In this document: in pieces, positions 24,962-37,738 of the stretch
Layout: every line of letters begins with the position of its first letter
How positions within the stretch are numbered: the first letter of the stretch is position 1
Assembly: GCA_965644295.1 (NCBI GenBank)
Contig: CBFFRP010000216.1
Location: 97,782-161,781, forward strand
Origin: Paraphysomonas bandaiensis
Lineage: Eukaryota > Protista > Chrysophyceae
Length of the DNA stretch: 64,000 nucleotides
Direction of reading: 5' to 3'
Notes under the pieces: generated by a model
What the model was told of the DNA's origin: nothing
Databases searched by the model: none
Seen by the model: the letters and a program-made list of their open reading frames with translations, nothing else
Translations under genes and position numbers: made by a program

Positions 24962-25699
24962 TCAATTCTTGTTTATTCTGTGTATGTATGTCACCACTTT
25001 CTTCTTCTGCACATCGGAGAGTTCTTCAAAAGTCAGCTGCTTGAAAGGCGCCCCATCTGAGAGAAATTGGCACCGTTTCTGAGAATTTTCCTTTATGCGA
25101 GTTATCATTCGTCCTATGATGCGGTCGAGGGCGCTGCGGGTGAGTACATTCCTTCGTTTCTGGAAGTCCGTGGGTTGAGAGGTGATTTCGTGCTGACTGG
25201 TAGATTTTTTAGTATACTTCTTACTAGGATATCTGGAATACCGTCCAACTCCATCTAAATTATCACAGTACTCTTCAAATGTTGTTGCTATTACACTACA
25301 CCTACTATCATCATCACTTTCATATTCTGTTATTTCACACTCATTAATCGCACACATCAGCACTTCAGATATAACACATTTCATATATCGTTGAAGCTCA
25401 TCTCTAAACGGATGTCCATCACTGTGCGCATGTTTGAACACAGCCTCCGCCTCTATAAGTCCTGTAGCAGATCGATCCAACCAATCACAACACCGCACAG
25501 CAGTATCTCTATTTTTAAATATATTGTGAGCCAATAGATCACTTTCCAGTACTGATCGATCGATCATAGTGGCGTTATCTTGTAACGATCGGACATAACA
25601 GAGAAATATTTCATAGTCATGACTGTTGTCATCCATAGAGTCTACAGTGCTACTCCTGCTGTTTGTTGGGGTTATTCGACACCGACTCCTCGGGAGCAT
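24962..25699 (-). CDS. Hypothetical protein (possible degenerate EF-hand)
   Basis: ~245-aa open frame from ATG 25699 with coding-like composition; DWLDRSATGLIEAE weakly resembles an EF loop. Confidence 0.6.
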   Translation of the reverse strand: MLPRSRCRITPTNSRSSTVDSMDDNSHDYEIFLCYVRSLQDNATMIDRSVLESDLLAHNIFKNRDTAVRCCDWLDRSATGLIEAEAVFKHAHSDGHPFRDELQRYMKCVISEVLMCAINECEITEYESDDDSRCSVIATTFEEYCDNLDGVGRYSRYPSKKYTKKSTSQHEITSQPTDFQKRRNVLTRSALDRIIGRMITRIKENSQKRCQFLSDGAPFKQLTFEELSDVQKKKVVTYIHRINKN

Positions 25700-26184
25700 T
25701 GATAAGAGAGCACACAAATACCTCGTAGGTCAGGGGTTCAATATATATATGGAGTTACATGGCTGATATGAACACTGAGATATGACTCCATCTATACATA
25801 TGACATGAGGCGTATATACGCACACTCCTGTATGTTCCTACCTACAATACATACCACTCCCATTGCTATAATCGAGGTTCAACGTCAGGTGGACGTATAA
25901 TCCCGTATACCCTACGATTAAACCAGTAAATGGAAGGAATTTGAAATTGATTGGTGTATGTTTACCATTAGAAATTAGAAGGGGAAGATAAAATTTCATA
26001 TCAAATCAATTTTATTTGAACGAAACTGAATCCCTCTCATTGGATGATTTTTAATTAGAACTGAGATGAGTTGCATCATTTCAGTTCTACAGGAGTTCTC
26101 ATATGAAATATCGCTCACAGTGCAGTGTGCATGCCCTCCTCTGTTATTACTCATCGATGACTGGGACGTATAGAGTAAGATAAA

Positions 26185-27243
26185 ATGGGTGAGATCAAGC
26201 AAAATGTACGATGGGACGAGTTGTATTTCTTCATTGGTGTAGTGAGCGTCATGGTCAGCTCATGGCTAGTTGGCGCTTTTCCACACTGCTATTGGGTTCA
26301 GCATTGTATTATGATTTTCATATTGCTCATAATTCGCATTTCCCGGTTCACGAGGAAAGGTTACCAATTCTGGCTTCTCGATTACTGCTATGTCATCAAT
26401 TACATGGTGCTTATGTATTACATGCTTAGTGTTGCTGGAGCGTGCCCTTTTCACAAGTATATTTTCCGAATTGTATTTTCTTCTTGTGTAGGACCATTAG
26501 CTATATCTGTGGCAGCATTTCGAAATTCATTGGTGTTTCATTCAGCAGATAATCTGATCATTTTGGCTTTGCATTTCAGCCCGAATATTGCCATTTGGGG
26601 AATGCGTTGGTTTTCTGCCGATTTGGAGCGCGATTTTCCTAATACATTTCATGTATGCGACAATAATCCAACTGATCGACTAAATTTATTTTTTAGTAAT
26701 ACTGATTGTCCTGGAAGTTTTACTGATCTTTATTTATGGCCTGTGTTTGTCTACGCAATTTTATGGGCCACACCATACTATTTATTTTTCTTTATTATTG
26801 GAAAAGAAGCCCTTAGAAAAGGGGGATATTACACTATGTTTGATGACATGAGTTCTAAACCGGCTGTTAAGAAGGTTCTATCTATAGGAGGAGATTGGGG
26901 GAAGGAATTCAAATATATGGTATGTCATGGCTTGGCGGTTTATTTAGTGCTTTTTCTTGGACCAGTGTTGTGGCATAGTTTTATTCTTCATACGGCATAC
27001 TTAGTCTCTATTGTGGGTGTATCCGTTTATAACGGAGGGACGTATTACTTCCGTGTGTTTGCCAAAAAGTACTATAACGAGGCGATGAAAGAAGTTCAAG
27101 ATCACGAACAACAAGTCGAAAAACAAGAACTTGAACTGGCTGATAGATATCTAGGAGAGCACCAAGGATTAAACCCGCTTTCAGCTGTCAATGACGAGAA
27201 TACTGGTGATGATTGCGTCGACGCAGGGCACCCGGAGCCATAA
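26185..27243 (+). CDS. GPC1: Glycerophosphocholine acyltransferase Gpc1-like (DUF2838) membrane protein
   Basis: Motifs WLLDYCY, GPLAISVAAFRNSLVFHS, LHFSP and NGGTYYFRVF; multi-TM; intronless 352 aa. Confidence 0.85.
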   Translation: MGEIKQNVRWDELYFFIGVVSVMVSSWLVGAFPHCYWVQHCIMIFILLIIRISRFTRKGYQFWLLDYCYVINYMVLMYYMLSVAGACPFHKYIFRIVFSSCVGPLAISVAAFRNSLVFHSADNLIILALHFSPNIAIWGMRWFSADLERDFPNTFHVCDNNPTDRLNLFFSNTDCPGSFTDLYLWPVFVYAILWATPYYLFFFIIGKEALRKGGYYTMFDDMSSKPAVKKVLSIGGDWGKEFKYMVCHGLAVYLVLFLGPVLWHSFILHTAYLVSIVGVSVYNGGTYYFRVFAKKYYNEAMKEVQDHEQQVEKQELELADRYLGEHQGLNPLSAVNDENTGDDCVDAGHPEP

Positions 27244-28461
27244 TAGCTATACCTGGTGGAATAGTACAATAAATTCGTAGCAATAGATATGTATATTGAT
27301 AAGTGTATAGAAAAAGTGATTGCAATACTACAATGTATATTTTTTTCTATGAAACGTGCCCGCAATACTTATTTCGTTGTGAGTGATGATATTAATGACG
27401 CCTTGTAATAATACTTTTCAGTACGAAGTGTGAGAGTCTGATGTAACGTGTCCTAATTCGCTGGTGTCGTGTTCTTCTATAAGTCGAAGTCTCTTAATTT
27501 AGGAGCTTCCTAGAATAACTTTGATAAACAACGTTTTTTAAAATATAATTTGAAGACATTATTCGTAAAAGATATGACAATAAATATTCCTTGTGTCAAA
27601 TTGACTACAAACTATATATGTATAAAGGAAACCAGCACCAGCAATAACAGTAGGTAACTTGACCTTATTTCTATTCAGAGGAAAGCTATAATGCTAAACC
27701 TTTGACGTAATTTCGACTTATTCTAATGATAACACAACGCATACACTAACAAGGACATTCAGCAGCATATATTGCTCGCTAATTATGGGGCTCTAACTTC
27801 AGCAATGTTACCGATTTGAGAGATATGTGGGGTGGGAAATATCTCACTACATCAGGTAGATGAGTTTAAAATATAAAATTCGCCCTTATTCATCTGGAGT
27901 AGAGTTTACAATGTACAGTTCACACTGCCTGTAGTTACTGTTTGCATTCTCTCAGTCTTGCGGGTAAATTCTATTATCTCTCAGTAATTCTGATACCGTG
28001 GCCAACAAGAACCATACACTACATCTTATTCCACTTACAGCACAAGCAGGTCAACCATATCGTGCACCCTCGACGAAAAAGTTCAGAGCTACCTGATTGA
28101 TGATCGTAAGTGCAGCTGTGCTCTGCATCTGGCTATCTCCCCTTGCGGTTCATTCGAATGACTTGAACAACACGACTTCAATTAAAAAGCGACTTTTTGG
28201 AATATAAACTGGGGATTTTGCCAACTTGTACGTTGATTGGCTGTGTTCATACTCTACATACTACATATACAAGAGAACGATGCAGCATACAGACATCTAG
28301 ACATGTCATGCATATATACATACAGCATATACTATACGGCAGTTCACACACATACTGCACAGCATAGCAAGTGCATTGGATATCGCCGACGTTGACAGGG
28401 AGCTGCTATCCCACTACACTCTATTCTTCTGTTGCCAACAGTGGAGGTAAAAACGCTTCAT

Positions 28462-30359
28462 ATGGCGCAGTTCACGTCTCATGATGTGTTCGTCTATGTC
28501 GGCGATCTGCACGGACAAATCGGGAAGCTAACTAGTATGTGGTCCAATTGTGTGCACGCACTATCGAAAATAGAAAGATACTCTGAGTGCCCTCTATCAG
28601 TACATGTTATATTTCTTGGAGACTATTGTGATAGAGGCCCTCATACATGTGAAACACTGCAGTTTTTAGTGACCTTAAAGTCTCATCACCCCACTTATAG
28701 TTTCAACTTTATAGCAGGCAACCATGGTGAGAGTAATAGTTATACTGTATCACAGTTATACAATGTATTCATGTATTTGTCATTGCAGATTTTGCTTTCT
28801 TAAAGTTTGTTGTTGTTGATGAAGATCTCTCTCATACATGTGAGGGGTACCATACACACGAAGAATTATACGAAGGAGAAGGGAGCGACTTTATGCATTT
28901 GCAAGGGAAGCGATGGGCCGCTTCAATATTTGAATGGCAAGACTCGATATATCAGTCGGCGACAACCTTTTCTTCTTATGGTGCATCCTATGCTAATAGG
29001 AATGAGCTCTTACAGAATATGCCTGATTCACATATTGAATTTTTGCGAAATATGGACTACATATATGATTTCAATTCTTCAGAGCTTGGTAGAGTAATTT
29101 GCGTTCATGCTGGCTTAGAAGATACATCCGATATTGAAGAGTATATTACTAAACTTAAGACTAAAGACGATAGCGCTGCTCGCCTTCAAGCTTTGTGCGG
29201 TCGCAGTAATGTACTGCCTATCCCATTAGAGTTGCAACAACAGGAGGCTTGGGTGGTGAGTGGACATCACCATCGCTTTGTTGTTAATGGTAAAAGTCGC
29301 CGCCTTGTGATTGATGAGTGTGGAGGAGCTGATAATAGCCCACTGAGCTGTGTTATTATGATGAAAGATTTTTTGCTTCCCTCGCAGGTCGACTCTATCA
29401 TCAATCCAACGAGTTGTAGGGTGAGCTATGTCGGAGAACTACAATCTCCTGATCAATCTGTTACGCTCTTACGTGTGTCAGAATCGGACGATTGGACAAG
29501 TGAAACGGGTGCCTTCCCCCCATTACTGTCGCCGATGCCCAGTTTTGATGACAATGACACAAGACATAGTGCTGCGGGAGGGGATCGCCCCTCCTCTTTG
29601 ATACGCTCAAAGTCTAGTGTATCCACCAGGAGAAAGTATCTATTGGTGGTAGTCTGTGTAAATAGTGGCGATAGTGAGCAACATCTTTGTGTGGAAGAGT
29701 CTGTAAAGCACGCTCATGTTGCGTGTAAGAATGGGGCTGATGGCATTATACTGATGGGCGATGGGGCTAATGCTGATATTCTACTTGCCGCATACGAAGC
29801 GATTCGAGGGCACTATGACGAAATTTTTATTGGAATAAACTTTATGACTTCAATGGACACAGCATTTTACTCCATTCCTCATGATGCTGATGCGATATGG
29901 ACTCTTCAAGGTGTTGATTCCAATGGTGTGCATCCTGACATAACCAGATGCAAGGTGTCTGATATTAAAGTATCTCGCCGGTGGTTGAAAGCGCACTTTG
30001 GTGGCTTTTTAATGGAAACATCTATCCAGGATTTCTCTAGTGACGACTTTTACTTGAATGAATTGGTAGATGAAGCTTCTAAACATTTAGATGTATGTGT
30101 AATATCCGAGTTGAGGGGTGACAGTGTTTCTACGACAGCAGACCGTCTCAAATTTATACATACTATGATGGATGGAAGTCTCCCACTGGCGTTGGTGACT
30201 ACAATCAGCGCAGAATGTATTGATATGTACTTACCTTACGTGAATTACGTTATATTTGGTACCATTCCTATCGAGGGAGTTACTGCTGTTGAAAACCAGT
30301 CGAATAACGCAGCAGCCATCGCACTCATGGCGGAAAAGATACATTCGTTTTTTGCGTAG
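28462..30359 (+). CDS. RLPH (Rhizobiales-like PPP-family) phosphatase fused to a BtpA/SgcQ-like TIM barrel; intron 28727-28788
   Basis: GDLHG, GDYCDRG, GNH|D, HLQGKRWA, HAG, VSGHH and IDECGG. C-terminal KYLLVVV...ACKNGADGIILM...FIGINFM...ADAIW is BtpA-like. Confidence 0.85.
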
Positions 30360-30741
30360 ACGTGCGTAACATAGTAGAGCAGTTCTGTTGTTCTATTATG
30401 TGTTTTTATTTGAAGTGCTGCAATTTATGTCTATCTCTGTGACAAAATGTTTGGAATTAGCAAACATGTATGATTTCTGTTTTCCGGTTCTCCATGTATG
30501 TTTTGTACCTGCGATGCCATAGTTATCGAGGCTATTATCTAGCAAACAAGCAGAACCTAAAAATCACTAATGGTTATGGAGTTATTTGTAGAAATTTATT
30601 GCCGTTTATGGTGAAATAAGGGGATTTCGTCACAGCAGTCAGTAGGATATTTTTTTTGGTTTGAGCACATCACATACGATCAGAAATAGGAAAAACATTT
30701 GTATTCACGTATTCGCAATAGTATTCAACAACAGCTCACAC

Positions 30742-30822
30742 CAGGGCTGCGTATCAATGTATCAATTAATTAACGCAGGTTGTAGTCAATTATAATTGCA
30801 ATTATTACTTGCTGTCTCAATT
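30742..30822. mobile_element. Truncated copy of the CAGGGCTGCG hAT MITE
   Basis: CAGGGCTGCGTATCAAT...GTAGTCAATTATAATTGCAATTA matches the left half of 23429-23565; no right TIR. Confidence 0.75.
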
Positions 30823-31119
30823 TATTCACGCTAGAGTACTTTAATATTTAATATAAAATTCCCTATATTGTTCTTCGGTTACGTGTTGTAGGAAACGATG
30901 ATAAGCTTCAAAAATATATACAATGCACCAAATACACAGTAGCATAATACATGAGTAATATTCAACAAGGAACTGGATAGTACTTTTATATAAAAAGGGT
31001 GATATACGTGTAGTAGTACTTACTGAAAGTCTTATTGGAGTGTCGGAGTATGTCGTATCAATACTCTGAGTTAATTACACCTATTCAGCTAAATTCTTTT
31101 ACACGAGGTATTTCTTTTT

Positions 31120-31620
31120 ATATTGCTGGGCCGGACAATTATTTACGGTGGATTTAAAGCATTTAAAATGTATATTATATTCATATTAATTTTAGTATAT
31201 ATATTGCAATATATTTTCGGGCTCATACATTACAATATACTGCCAGCAATTCACATATAATTAAAGTATTAAAATCAACCCAAATCTAACCATAAAATTA
31301 CTCTTCTAGCTACAGAAAACAGGTAATGTTAAGTGCTCTGTCACATTTGCTTCAAAATCTAGATATCGCGAGTAAGTGTGACACTTCCATAATTTCTTTT
31401 CATGCTCCCATGAACGTCGTGATGGCCAAACGAGCGGTAGTCACAGAACATTCCTGCCCTATAGCTGGCCTTAATACTCATTGTTTTTACTGCATCATTA
31501 GTAATTTGATGAGTACTGCATTGTTTTTACTGCTGCTGATCGAGCAAATCGTGGGGAAACTTTTCGAACGTGTATTAGAGTGACTTATGGTATATTGCCA
31601 TATTGCAATATAATATGTAG
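31120..31620 (-). mobile_element. Degenerate hAT-like remnant
   Basis: ATATTGCAATAT subterminal-type motifs at ~31200 and ~31600. The minus strand reads TTARLAITT...EIMEVSHLLAISRF, weakly like a hAT dimerisation domain. Confidence 0.3.
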
Positions 31621-32009
31621 GTGTTTATTGCAACGACTTCTATTTCTATTTCAAAATATATGTTGCGGGATCATACCTTGAAGCCTTGAAGTATATTTAA
31701 CACCCAACTGGCGTTATCCATATATAGTATAGTACTTGCATATGTTTGCAGTCCTTAATATATCGCATCGCTCACTAGCAAAAAGTTCAAATGAAATAAA
31801 GCAATGAGCTAAAACGAATTAAATAAGGTATATATGATATCTATGAAATTAATACAGTGAGAATAATTTTGCTTCCAAAGATGTTATCAAAACAAGATAT
31901 AACGTTACATATACAAACGTATAGTGTACAACTTTAAAAAACGACAATATGATCTGTGCTACTTGTAGCCTACCACTTCATTTTCAATTAGACTTTAATT
32001 CTAGTTTGC

Positions 32010-32470
32010 CTAGGATCAGGTCTTACTGCTGTGCAGTATATCTCCCCATTTACTTTCCATATATACGTCTTCTATTAATATATCGTAAATAGTTTTATCT
32101 GACATATTGCGGGCTCATTCAACACTAGCAGATACCCAACACGCTTCCCCAAATATATATGTTTCCGCAAAGCATTTTGCATTACAAATGTAGGATATAA
32201 AAACAGAGGATGTTGTTTGCTAAATGTTGAAAGTCTTCGCAGGTAATGCCTCCTCCATCCTCCGGTTAAAGCATTCCAATGGAAACCATGGATTCAATCT
32301 CCATCTTCTCCATTAGATGTGAGTTGTTCGTGTCGTACAACTTAAATGAAAACATAGCTAAAGAATTCACATCAAGAGACAAGTAGTTCCGTATCCCACC
32401 GCTGCTGTCACTGTCCATTATCGAAAACAATTTCGTGCTAAATGACGTCCGTTAAAGGCTGACGCTACCG
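32010..32470 (-). pseudogene. Calcineurin-B-like EF-hand pseudogene (frameshifted; missed by the ORF track)
   Basis: Minus-strand fragments SFSTKLFSIMDSDSSGGI, NYLSLDVNSLAMFSFKLYDTNNSHLMEKMEIESM and KQHPLFLYPTFVMQNALRKH, broken by frameshifts and stops. Confidence 0.65.
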
Positions 32471-33084
32471 CAACAATCTTACAGAATGCACTCCAGTGCT
32501 TATGATCATTAAAACGGAGCTGCTACTTTAATGCTATGACCTCATGACCTCACATCCCTGTCCTTCCGCATCATAGTGTATCGATATCGGTTTAGTTGAC
32601 GACAACATGTTGGGATAGTAGACAGCATGTGATGTGAGTGGTTGGGCTATAGGAGAGTAGAGCACTGGAGTGCATCTATACGGTGCATGTGTGAGTAGGC
32701 ATATACACACACCACTGTAGCATGGTATACTCGCACTTCACAAACAATGAAATCCAGCCAATGAAATGACTGCTATGATGTTTTCACACCTGTCCATATG
32801 TACAGCAGTGCGGCGGAGGAAAAAACTCCAGAAATCATAAGAATTTACAGAAAAGCCTTTCTAGAAAGCTAGTATTTTTATACCGGGACACACATATTTG
32901 GTACTGCAAAGCAAAATTCCGTCTAGAAAAGGCCCATATGGGTCGGATATATCCTCCTGTAGATATTCAGCATCTACGCTGCTGTATTGTATGTATATGG
33001 ACTGGAGGGACTGTCTGTTCAATTCAATACTTTAATTTTCAAACGCCATAGCTACGAGTTCAGTCCTCTTATATAGGATCCGTA

Positions 33085-35795
33085 ATGGAGATTCCAACAA
33101 AGAATGTGTTGGAGCGACCTAAAAGAACTATCATACCCCCCCAATGGAGAGAGCTCGATCGCAGCTATCTGCAAGATGCTTTAAAACAAGCCCCTAAAAA
33201 GAAATCTCATCATGCGTATTCTAATATATGGCGTAACTACATGAAGAGTTTAAAGCACCTACTTGATTCCTTGAAGAAAAAGATGAAAGATGGCAGCAAC
33301 TCGACTCGCATTACTACAACAAAAAATAAAATTAAGAGTCTGTTAAAAGAGCTGCAAGAAGAGAACAGCAACCATACTCGTTATTTCAAAGAGTTTCAAA
33401 CCACAGGTGATGAATGTGATGTTGATGGTGTGAATTGTTCGAAGTGTGGCAACGATGCTGTTGAAGATGAAAGAGATTTATACTTCTGCGATGCCGAAGG
33501 ATGCTGTCGTGCGTATCACTTAGATTGCTTGGATCCACCTATGTCAGCTAAACATATAAGCACCGATCCTAATGAAGACTGGTTTTGCCGACAATGCAGA
33601 TGTGTTGCCGACTGCTTGGTAATGATAAACGAGAGGTGTGGTACAATGTTTTCCCGAGCAGAAGATGTCTTTTCAGAGGCGGAAGAGAATACAATTTCAA
33701 GTGGGAAGGATTCAAAAGGAGGTACACTTAAAACAATAAAAAATAGTACTAAGCGTTCTAGCAAGAAAGATCCTCAGGAAGACAAGGTAGCCCCGCCGCA
33801 AAAGTCTAAAGCAAGGGATATGAAAAATTCGTCTGGTACTAATGTTGACAAGTCGTTATCAGATGTTACAGAAACAGCAGTAGCTGGGAATGTGACTTGC
33901 AAAACTTCATCAGATGCGAGTTATTTTACATACCCAGATGGCGTGACGCTCACATCATGGGGCAAGCATTATAAGAATATCAACCGACTGCTACTTTCTA
34001 TAGAGAAGTGTAAACATTACGTGGATGTGTACTGCACACAATCGAAGAGCGACTCCGTTGTAATAGTAGATAACTTGGAGCGTGCAGTAAGCGACATCCG
34101 AAAACATAAGTTAGCTGTGCGTGAGACCCTCAAGGAAATTGTAGAGGCTAATAAAGGGCACACGCGGTATGAAGTGCTAGATAACGACGAAGATTCCATA
34201 GATATCATGGAAGTAGACTGCTCGGTGTGTGGGAAGCCCGATAGCGAGACTGAAGACATTTTACTCTGCGATCGGAAAGGTTGTTGTCGTGCATACCATC
34301 CTGGGTGCTTGAACCCCCCACTATCTCAAGATGATGTTAATAGTGATCCTGATGTGGATTGGTTCTGCTGGTCCTGTAGGTGTCTTGCAGACTGTCTTGC
34401 GTTGATTAATGAGTTCAGCGATACCAACTACGAGGATAGTATCGAGGAGGTATTTGCAGAGGCAGTGGCGGACGAGGAGGACAAAGGAGAGGGTGTGCTG
34501 GCAGAACCTTGGGGGGATAGCGAAAGCGAAGATGATGGTGACTATGTGCCCCGCGAAGAACGACTAGCTGGTGATAGCGACGGTAGTGAAGATGGCAAGG
34601 ATGGCAGTGGAGAGGATGACGGTCCTGCACCGAATGACAGCGAAGAGGATGCGACTGAATACCCAGTGGAAGATCACAATGCTACCGAGGAGATTGTGGG
34701 TTCAGAATCGGATTCATCGTCAGAGTCTGCTCTTGACGATGACGCAGAGGACGATCTCGAGTCCGACATATCTGGAGAAGAGGTACATCGATTTCGGCCT
34801 GCGTTAGTATATTTAATCGTGTGTAATAGCTACAAGGACTTATTGATGAAGCGGGAGACGATATTGAGGTTGAATGTTTTTCTAGAAGGGATGAAACCGT
34901 GGACGAAATAGTATGCCAACCAGAAGAAACTGGCCTTATCAGTAGTCGTTTGCGTAGGAAGGTCAATAAGCCATCTGAGTGGAGCTTGCCCGCAGAGTTC
35001 CCACCAATTAACACCCTTTGCCCAGCGGATGTGTACGTAGGCTTTCCAGTAGCCAAAGTGAAAGCAGGCCGAGTGATAATTGGATCCGTTGTTTGCCTGC
35101 CAGGTACAAATATCACTCTGTTTTGAATCATAATATAACTGTAGCATAGGTGACAGCTACAGTAGCAGTTCGGTCGACGAGGTGAAAGAGAGCTTGGTAA
35201 CATCATCATCGAGCAGAGAGTGGCGTGTCGAATACGTAGACCAATCAAGTGCTTGTCTAAAGTGGGATACGTTAAGGTGATATGATTTTGCGTATCTTAC
35301 GTCTAGTTACTTCATTTGCCTCGACAGAGAAAAGTACGAGTGTCGAGTGGACTATGAAAAGCAACTGCGAAAATTCCAGGAGGTACGTATGTATTTAGAA
35401 GATGATATTGATGAAGTATTTTCTTTCCCCAGACGGAAGTAGCAGCAACTGGACCTATCATTGAGAGTATCGAAGAAGGTAATATTATCACTGGAAAGAG
35501 AAAGAAGAAAATTCTAGACTACCAGCAGCTAAATAGAGAGGTGTTTTGTTTTGCTTATAACTACGTATCGAGGATGATGTTGTGTTTTCAGATGTTTGGA
35601 CACCTCAAAGAAGAATCGGACGATGAGGAATTTTCTGATAAACCAATATCTGAAAAGCCAAAAAGAAAGCGCAAAAAAAGAAAGCAATTAGATGAGTTTG
35701 CCCAGCACGAAAGCTCTGATAGAGCTTCTGAAGAAAATGAATCTCACGGTACTGATGGCGCGTCTCAAATATTAGCATCTGATAGTGTAGCCTAG
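33085..35795 (+). CDS. Double PHD-finger chromatin protein (HAT3.1/PRH-type PHD), multi-exon, acidic linker
   Basis: Two PHDs: CSKC...CDAEGCCRAYHLDCLDPP...WFCRQC and CSVC...CDRKGCCRAYHPGCLNPP...WFCWSC. C-terminal KRKKKILDYQQLNRE|MFG. Confidence 0.85.
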
Positions 35796-36165
35796 CCCAG
35801 CTTGAAATGGAATGAACTCTCATGGTGACACACCACTAGTGTTATGTTTGTATTATACGTTTCTACTTGGTAGTATTATTTTAATGGTGTTAATGATAAT
35901 ATATGCCCATGGACAGAGTACTAGTCTATTGCATGGTAATTATATAAATCGTTTCCACTGGCTCAGTGCGGGTTAATAAAGTCATAGCGTTTTGTCTAAG
36001 GTTCACTTTTCCAACTTATCGCACTCATCCTCTGCGTAACTTTACTTTCGTTGAGTAGTGAAATGCGCCTATATATTCCTCTTACTCTCGTTGTTTGGTA
36101 TATCAATTTTACTTATAGTACGATTACTTTCCTTCGTTTTCAAGCAACTTGTCTTGACTCGTCTA

Positions 36166-36445
36166 AAATAAGATTTGTAGCTAGTCTTAGTATTAGTGAA
36201 GGATGCACTTCGTATTATTTAAGATAATGATGGATTATATAAACCAGGGGTATTGTACAATATAAACTTCACGTAAAGAATAAGGCCTAATAGTATGATA
36301 GCAAGTAGCAAGACACGTTTGAACAGAGCGCTAGCACCACACACACGCGTATCTTATATAGTCTGGTATTATTCAGTTAATTGGTAATACATTGTATATA
36401 CATGTGTTGTATTCACGTGTTAACAGATACACGTGAATCTTAATA
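36166..36445. mobile_element. Solo-LTR-like repeat, family C, copy 2
   Basis: Aligns with 24520-24778; perfect 5-bp TSD GTCTA (36161-36165 and 36446-36450). Confidence 0.82.
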
Positions 36446-36773
36446 GTCTAAATACATGTTCGCAGTATCTTTTAGGTTTAGTAGTTGCTTACTTTCACAA
36501 TTCTGATTCTCTTACAGTTCTACGGTTTTGTACTTAAGGTAGCGGCGAAATACTGATATTTCTAACTGGTCGGATTTTAATAGGCATCAAGGAATTGTCA
36601 CCTATCAAGTTCAATTCTCCAGCCAATTGCAAGAGGTATATAATGTACGCAGACTTCTCTCTGCCTACAACAGAGAATGTTGGCGAGGAGGATGATACAG
36701 ACTTTTCTGCAAAAATGATATATAATAATTCTGAATTAACAGATTAAGTACAGATCTCAACTCCACTATTGAT

Positions 36774-37362
36774 TTAAGCACGGGGCTTCTCCTTCTTTCC
36801 CTTCCATAGAGCAATTAAAGCAACTCCTGAGACCTTAACAACCTTGAAACGACATCCAGGAATATCACCCTTAGAGTGACCACGCTTACCGAAACCGGCA
36901 ATGAGAACCTCGTCCTGCACACATTCAAGTCAATAAAAAAATATACATGAAAATTAAAAAATACGTTTTCATCAACGAAGTTCAAGCAACCGTCATTAGG
37001 AACGAAAGCAGCAATCTTCTTGCCGTTCTTAATAAGCTGCACACGCACACCCTTTCTAATAGCGGAGTTGGGCTGTTTGGCTTCCATACCACTTCAAGAC
37101 AGATATATTAATAAAGTGATACCCATACACAATAAAACACTTACATCTTCTCAAGGACGATTCCCTTGGACATGCATGATCCACCAAGAGGATTGGCCTT
37201 CATGTGGGCCACGGAGTGGGACTTATTGTAAGGCTTGCTTGCCCATCTCTCCTCACGGCGATGGTTACGCATTTTGCGCCCCGCGCGAATACCAGCTGGC
37301 TTTCTGTAACTCCACAGTTACAAACAAAAATACAATCACTCATAACATTACCCTTTTCCCAT
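36774..37362 (-). CDS. RPS23: 40S ribosomal protein S23 (uS12), 4 exons
   Basis: MGKG|[21 protein letters not shown]...GIVLEK|[26 protein letters not shown]...|DEVLIAGFG...KEKPRA*. Confidence 0.98.
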
Positions 37363-37738
37363 GTTTTATATGCTCACAGAAGTAAAGTTGAGAGATCTGC
37401 AACTATAAGTATAGAACATGAACCATAAGGATGAGAGTGAGTGGGGCTATTCAGGTCACTTATATGTCATCTCAATCCACAAACCACTCGTAGCATCTTC
37501 AACAGATTTTCAGTTCTCGTAGTTTCCCGTTGCAACAAGGCTAATACGGTGACAGTATATATGGTATACGGGACGGGTTATACAGTCAACGGTTTGGATG
37601 TACAGTGTATGTATCGATATATGCATGCACACGGAACATGACACAGCCACAACTCTTCTGACGTTATTAAGGGCAGGTTATATGCAACTCAACCAGAAGG
37701 CGACGACAATGTGGAGCAAATAGGAAGTGATATATCGT

